This document shows, piece after piece, positions 58,961-64,000 of a stretch of 64,000 bases of DNA. Within the stretch, counting starts at the first letter, position 1. Each line of letters begins with the position of its first letter. A model generated the notes under the pieces. That model saw nothing but the letters and a program-made list of their open reading frames with translations. It did not search any database and was not told where the DNA came from. A program made the position numbers and the translations under genes. Origin of the DNA: Eledone cirrhosa (lineage: Eukaryota); contig OZ024745.1 in the NCBI GenBank assembly GCA_964016885.1, positions 25,110,001 through 25,174,000 on the forward strand, given 5' to 3'.

Positions 58961-60549
58961 TCTTGAAGTTGTAATTATGCTTTCCTATGTATATCTAATT
59001 TAAGTACAAGGCCAACAATTTGTGGGGAGAGGAAGTTGATTAGATTGATTCCAGTATGTAGGTGGTACTATATTTTATGGATTTCTGAAAAATAAGTGGC
59101 AGAGTTGATCTTCGGAAGGATTTGAACTCAGAACATAAAGAGCCTATAATTAAATGTTGCAAAACATTTAGTCTGATGCTCTAATGACTCTGCCAATCTA
59201 CTGCATTGATAATAAAATATAAGTAAAAAAAAAGTGCCAGTCTAGTCCTGGGGTAAATTCCTCCTCTATATCTCTTTCTCACTTTCTTTCTCTCTCACTC
59301 TCTATCCTTCCCTGGAAGAAATCTGGCTCCACCAGGTTTAAGAATGCTTATGAAACACCATATGTTAATATGGAACCCCTATGACTCCATCAGGAGTTAT
59401 GGGACCATCCATCCACCATTTAAGTTCTGGGATCTATAAAATTGATGATCTTCTTCCCCAGATTACTGGACTTGTGCCAGTGTTAGAAAGAAAAGAAATC
59501 ATGACTTCCGGAAACATTTTTCACGCTCAGAGTTGCTGAAGCATGGAACAAACTACCTGCATCAGTTGTTAGCTGTCGAAACACTACATCCTTTAAAACT
59601 TCCATGCTTCCTGAGATTCGCCAACACTGCACCTAATGTTCCCCCTCCATACACATACACACATGTATATCACACATGTATATCATACACTATTCACTTC
59701 CCTGACATTTGTATATTATTCTATGTACTATATATGCAACTTTGACGAGTTGTAGTGCACCTGAGCACTGTACACAATAATTTCATTGTTATTTTATTTA
59801 TATGAAGAAGAAGAACAACAATAATTATATTGATTACTTTTATTAACAACAATAGGTTAGTAGAATTGAAATAGAAACATGGGTATCAGCCAATATGGGG
59901 CTGATACCCATCTTTTTCCATTCAGTGGGTTATATACCCCATTATTAGACTATATTATTCAGGAAATGTTACAGCGAAGCTTCTATTTCAATTCTGAACT
60001 TAGCTCACTGCGTTCCCAACACACTTTCTTTATTTGAATAGATTAGTAATTTTTTTATAATCTTATACTTTTCCAGCAAAAGGAATGAATGAAATTTCTT
60101 CTTGTCTTTGTTCTTTGGTGTTTTTTTACTTTTTATTTGCATGGCTTTATTAGATAGCTCTCTTATATATTGCTGTTTCTAATTATTATTTTTTGGTGCA
60201 GGAACACTAAGTGCTGAATCATTGGCTTTATTTTATGAATAAACAACATATTATTATTATATGAATAAACAACATATTTATCTTTAAATCAAATTTATGG
60301 TTCTATGACTTTCTACAGTTGAATACTTCAAATTTACTTTTTGTTTAATCCATAATTTTGTATGATTTATAATAAACAAAGCTGGGCATTCAAGGAGAAA
60401 TACTCAATTTATTTATGTTATGTTCAGGCATTAAATGTAAGTGATAAAATGATAACCATATGATTTCATATTAAACAATAGCAAGTTCTGATTATGTTTT
60501 TATTAATATTTAACATATATATATATTTAGTCTTCACATTTATTATTTC

Positions 60550-60610
<61 letters not shown>

Positions 60611-60709
60611 CTTTAGAATATCAAGACTCATCGCTTGGCCATAATTAAGAATATTATTAAACTCTACTTTAATATTCACTACACATTCTTGTATCCATCA
60701 ACATCACAT

Positions 60710-60809
<100 letters not shown>

Positions 60810-61004
60810 TCAAAATATTGGGTGTACAGGAAAAAACAATGGAAAGATGGACAGTCCCATCTCCTCAGTCAACCTCTGGAAATCACTATGGTTTTGATGC
60901 ATATATATATATTTAGGATAATGTTACAAGTAAAACACAAACATTTGTAAAAACCAATTTGTTTTGATTTATTTGTTTATTTCCCCCCTCTTCTATGTTT
61001 CAAG

Positions 61005-61232
61005 ATTCTACAATTCAAATAGAAGACTACCAGCCAGTGTCATCTCAACGCCGACGTGTGGTTACTAACGAGCAGGGAAAACATTTAAAGAGCAACAACA
61101 TACAGGACTCTTTACAGGGTACAGGGGATAAAAAAGATACATCAACAGAAAGCCTAGATGCAGCATCTGCTGCGGCAAGCTGGAAGAGAATTTTATTGTT
61201 GATAGTAGCTGTAACAATTCATAATATACCAG
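61005..61232 (+). CDS. SLC39A11: ZIP11 coding exon 5
   Basis: (D)STIQIED...ASWKRILLLIVAVTIHNIP, containing the TM4 metal-binding HN.PEG motif; phase 1 at both ends. Confidence 0.9.
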
Positions 61233-62626
61233 GTAGAGTTCAGTGGTTTTCTCTCTCATCTATTGGATTCTTCTGTCTTTTGTATCTTTTTTTACCACAT
61301 CCAGGGATTTGAGGTATAAATGAGTCACCATCATCATTGTTTAATGTCTGCTTTCCTAGGAGAGGTCCAACAACAATATATATATATACATATATTTACT
61401 TATGTATAGAGCAAAGACCCCCCTTCAAGCATGAATGACCATGGTATTTGTACCTAGAAAGTTCCCTTCTGAGGCAGAAATTTGTGCAAGACCAGCAGTC
61501 ACCCATGCATACTAGTCTCCCCTCTCCATGCCACTGATGTCTAAGGAAAAGGCAATGACTGATACAGCTTGGCACTAGTGATGTCACAACCCATTTTTAC
61601 AGCTGAGTAAAGTGGAGCAGCATGAAATTATGTGTCCTGCTCAAAAACATAACACAGCCTGGTCCGGGAATCAAATTCACAACTTCATGATTACAAGCTT
61701 AATGCTCTAACCACTAAGTCATACACCTTCACTATAGCAGGGAAAAGTGGACGTAAAATGAAAAAAAATATATATGTAGTTCAAGGAGATAACAGAGGTA
61801 CTAAAAGTCTTATTAGTTTCATGCTTTATATTTGAAAGATGAAAGAAAGTTCGATGTGTCGGGCTTAAGCCCTTCAGGAGTACAAATAGAGACAGGATCA
61901 CAATGGAGAAACAGAAATAATGTCCAGTAACGACACACAATAGGCAAATATATAATTAATTAGTACTTAAGTATATGAACAGAAAATTGAAATCATCAGA
62001 ATTAATAAGAAGAGAATATAATGAACTTTTTACCTCTTAAAATCATATTGATTTCAGATTTATGAACTCTCTCTCTCTTTATGTATATATGACAAGCTTT
62101 CTCATAGTTTCCCCTCTATCAAATTCAGTCACAAGGCATTATGTGATTAGGTGGCCTGAGGCTACAGTAGAAGACACTTGCCCAGAGTGACATATTTGGA
62201 ACTGAACCTGAAACCATGTGGTTGTGAAGCAAACTTAACCACACAGCTTAGCTTGTGCTAAATTATATAGTGTAGAGGGTCACATTTAAATCTTTAATTT
62301 TATCATTGAAGTTTGATTGATCTTAAAATATTTGAGTACATGGAAGCTATGAAAAGATTCAACAACAGAAGCTTCTAGATGTTTTACAGCTTCCCTTGTT
62401 TCCTTATGACATAATCTGCCTCCCATTCGCCTTCAATGTTTGACATTTTATTTTTATTTTATTTTTCCCTTTTTTTTCTGTTTTATTACATGTCTCACTA
62501 ACTCTTTTCGTTTACCAACTGTAAGGAGTACTCAATACTTCCCTAGTCTGGCATGGCTTACTAGCTCTGTACGGACGTTTAAATTGAATAAATAAATAAG
62601 CCCTGTTATTTCATTTCCATTGCCAG

Positions 62627-62696
62627 AGGGTCTTGCAGTTGGTGTAGGCTTTGGTGCTATTGGCAAAAGCAAATCTGCTACATTTGAAAGTGCAAG
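62627..62696 (+). CDS. SLC39A11: ZIP11 coding exon 6
   Basis: CCAG acceptor; (E)GLAVGVGFGAIGKSKSATFESA(R); GTACGT donor. Confidence 0.93.
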
Positions 62697-62984
62697 GTAC
62701 GTATTATTTCTGTTTTTGTTTTGGAGGTGGTGGAGGTGATATGCGCCGGGAGTTATCATTTAATTTTTAGATTTATTTTTTCAGCGCTGATATAGAATGA
62801 CAGATTTTACAAATTTGTTTATTTGTATGGGGCTTGTAGACATAAGTATTGTCATCTCTGTCAATTGAGGCAGAGTGATAATTCATAGAATAAGACAAAA
62901 GTTTACAAAAGCAAAGCACAGCTACAATCAGAGGAGATAGTCAGGCAATGTGAAGTATATGTGTGTGTAACACAGCCTTCATAG

Positions 62985-63500
62985 TCATCACCGTTTAACA
63001 TTTATTTTCCATGTTAGCTTAGGTTAGACGAGTTGTCCCATTGTGTGACAAGTCAGATTAGATGACCTTGTCTTGCTCATATAGAACTGATTCTGGCTTG
63101 ATTTCTACAGCTAGATGCCTTTCCAAACTCCAACCAGATTTATAGTGTGAACTAGGCGCTTCTTATTGTCACCAAAACAACCAGCTGACAGGTTGGACTG
63201 CGTACTTTTTCATCATGTCACCAGTACGACTACCTTACAGAGTGAACCAGGTGCTTTTTGTCACCAGCACAAGCACTTTACAGGGTGGACCGGGTACTTT
63301 TTGTTGTGTCACCAAGATGATCACCTTACAGGGTGGACCGGTTGCTTTTTGTTGTGTCACCAACATGACCACCTTATAGGGTGGACTGGGTACTTTTTGA
63401 CGTGTCACTAACACGAACACCTTACAGGGTGGACTGGTTACTTTTTGTTGTGTCACCACCACGACCATGTTACAGTGTGGAGAGTTTGCTTTTTGTCGTA
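62985..63500 (-). repeat. RTE 3' tail with a diverged 45-48-bp unit array (about 8 copies) ending about 100 bp before ZIP11 exon 7
   Basis: Repeats of CCTTACAGGGTGGAC(C/T)GGGTACTTTTTGTTGTGTCACC, the same unit family as 16857-17420. Confidence 0.8.
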
Positions 63501-63600
63501 CTTATATATCAAATATTTTTGGTATGTCTCATCTCTTTTGAAACTCCTCTTTAATTTCTTCATTTATTTTATGTATCTATTTCCAAAATGTTGCTTTCAG

Positions 63601-63699
63601 AAATTTAGCCATTGGTATTGGAATACAGAATTTTCCTGAAGGTTTAGCAGTCAGCTTGCCTTTACGTGGTGCTGGCTTTTCCATGTTGAAATCTTTCTG
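63601..63699 (+). CDS. SLC39A11: ZIP11 coding exon 7; the gene continues beyond the window
   Basis: TTTCAG acceptor; [32 protein letters not shown](W), the TM5 QNFPEG motif of the ZIP11/GufA subfamily; GTAAAG donor. Confidence 0.94.
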
Positions 63700-64000
63700 G
63701 TAAAGAACTTCTTTATTTTTTCATCATTATCATTGTTGTCCTCCTCCTCCAAACACATACAACCACCACCATCACCACCATTATTTAACATTTACTAGCA
63801 AAGATTGGACATGTTGTTACACATCAAATCAGTACTGAAGTGGAGCTATTAACTTTTTAGTTGGGCTGGGCGTCTGTGTCTTGTTTATATACATTCCTGC
63901 ATTCCACCAAGTACTCAAACTAAATGTAGGTCTGCACTTCATTTACGTGCATTCCTGTGCTCTTTCTGATCACCATGAGGAGGTAGGTGGCACATAGGAG

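Overview
AT-rich, microsatellite-dense eukaryotic DNA. The repeat content (RTE LINEs with (ATG)n tails, CORE-type tRNA SINEs, Penelope-like fold-backs in (TA)n) suggests an octopus or other coleoid cephalopod; this is inference. Three spliced genes were rebuilt by hand. GOLPH3 has its first coding exon on the minus strand and continues off the left edge. It sits head-to-head with a complete 7-exon CFAP161 (+, about 371 aa, X-box-like site upstream). SLC39A11/ZIP11 has 7 coding exons on + from 26247 and continues off the right edge. Most other ORFs in the track are transposon-derived or spurious. Highlights: (1) at least four unrelated families of hammerhead-ribozyme-bearing Penelope-like fold-back elements in (TA)n tracts, two ribozymes sense-oriented in ZIP11 intron 1; (2) a 3.4-kb Penelope-like inverted repeat (two 1427-bp arms) with an apparently flipped spacer; (3) a five-element transposon nest in ZIP11 intron 3 whose TSDs give most of the insertion order, with an uninterrupted 992-codon RTE ORF carrying a PHD finger inside the RT; (4) a CORE-SINE whose tail matches that LINE; (5) minisatellites grown from transposon subunits. 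All calls come from reading the sequence; no searches were run.
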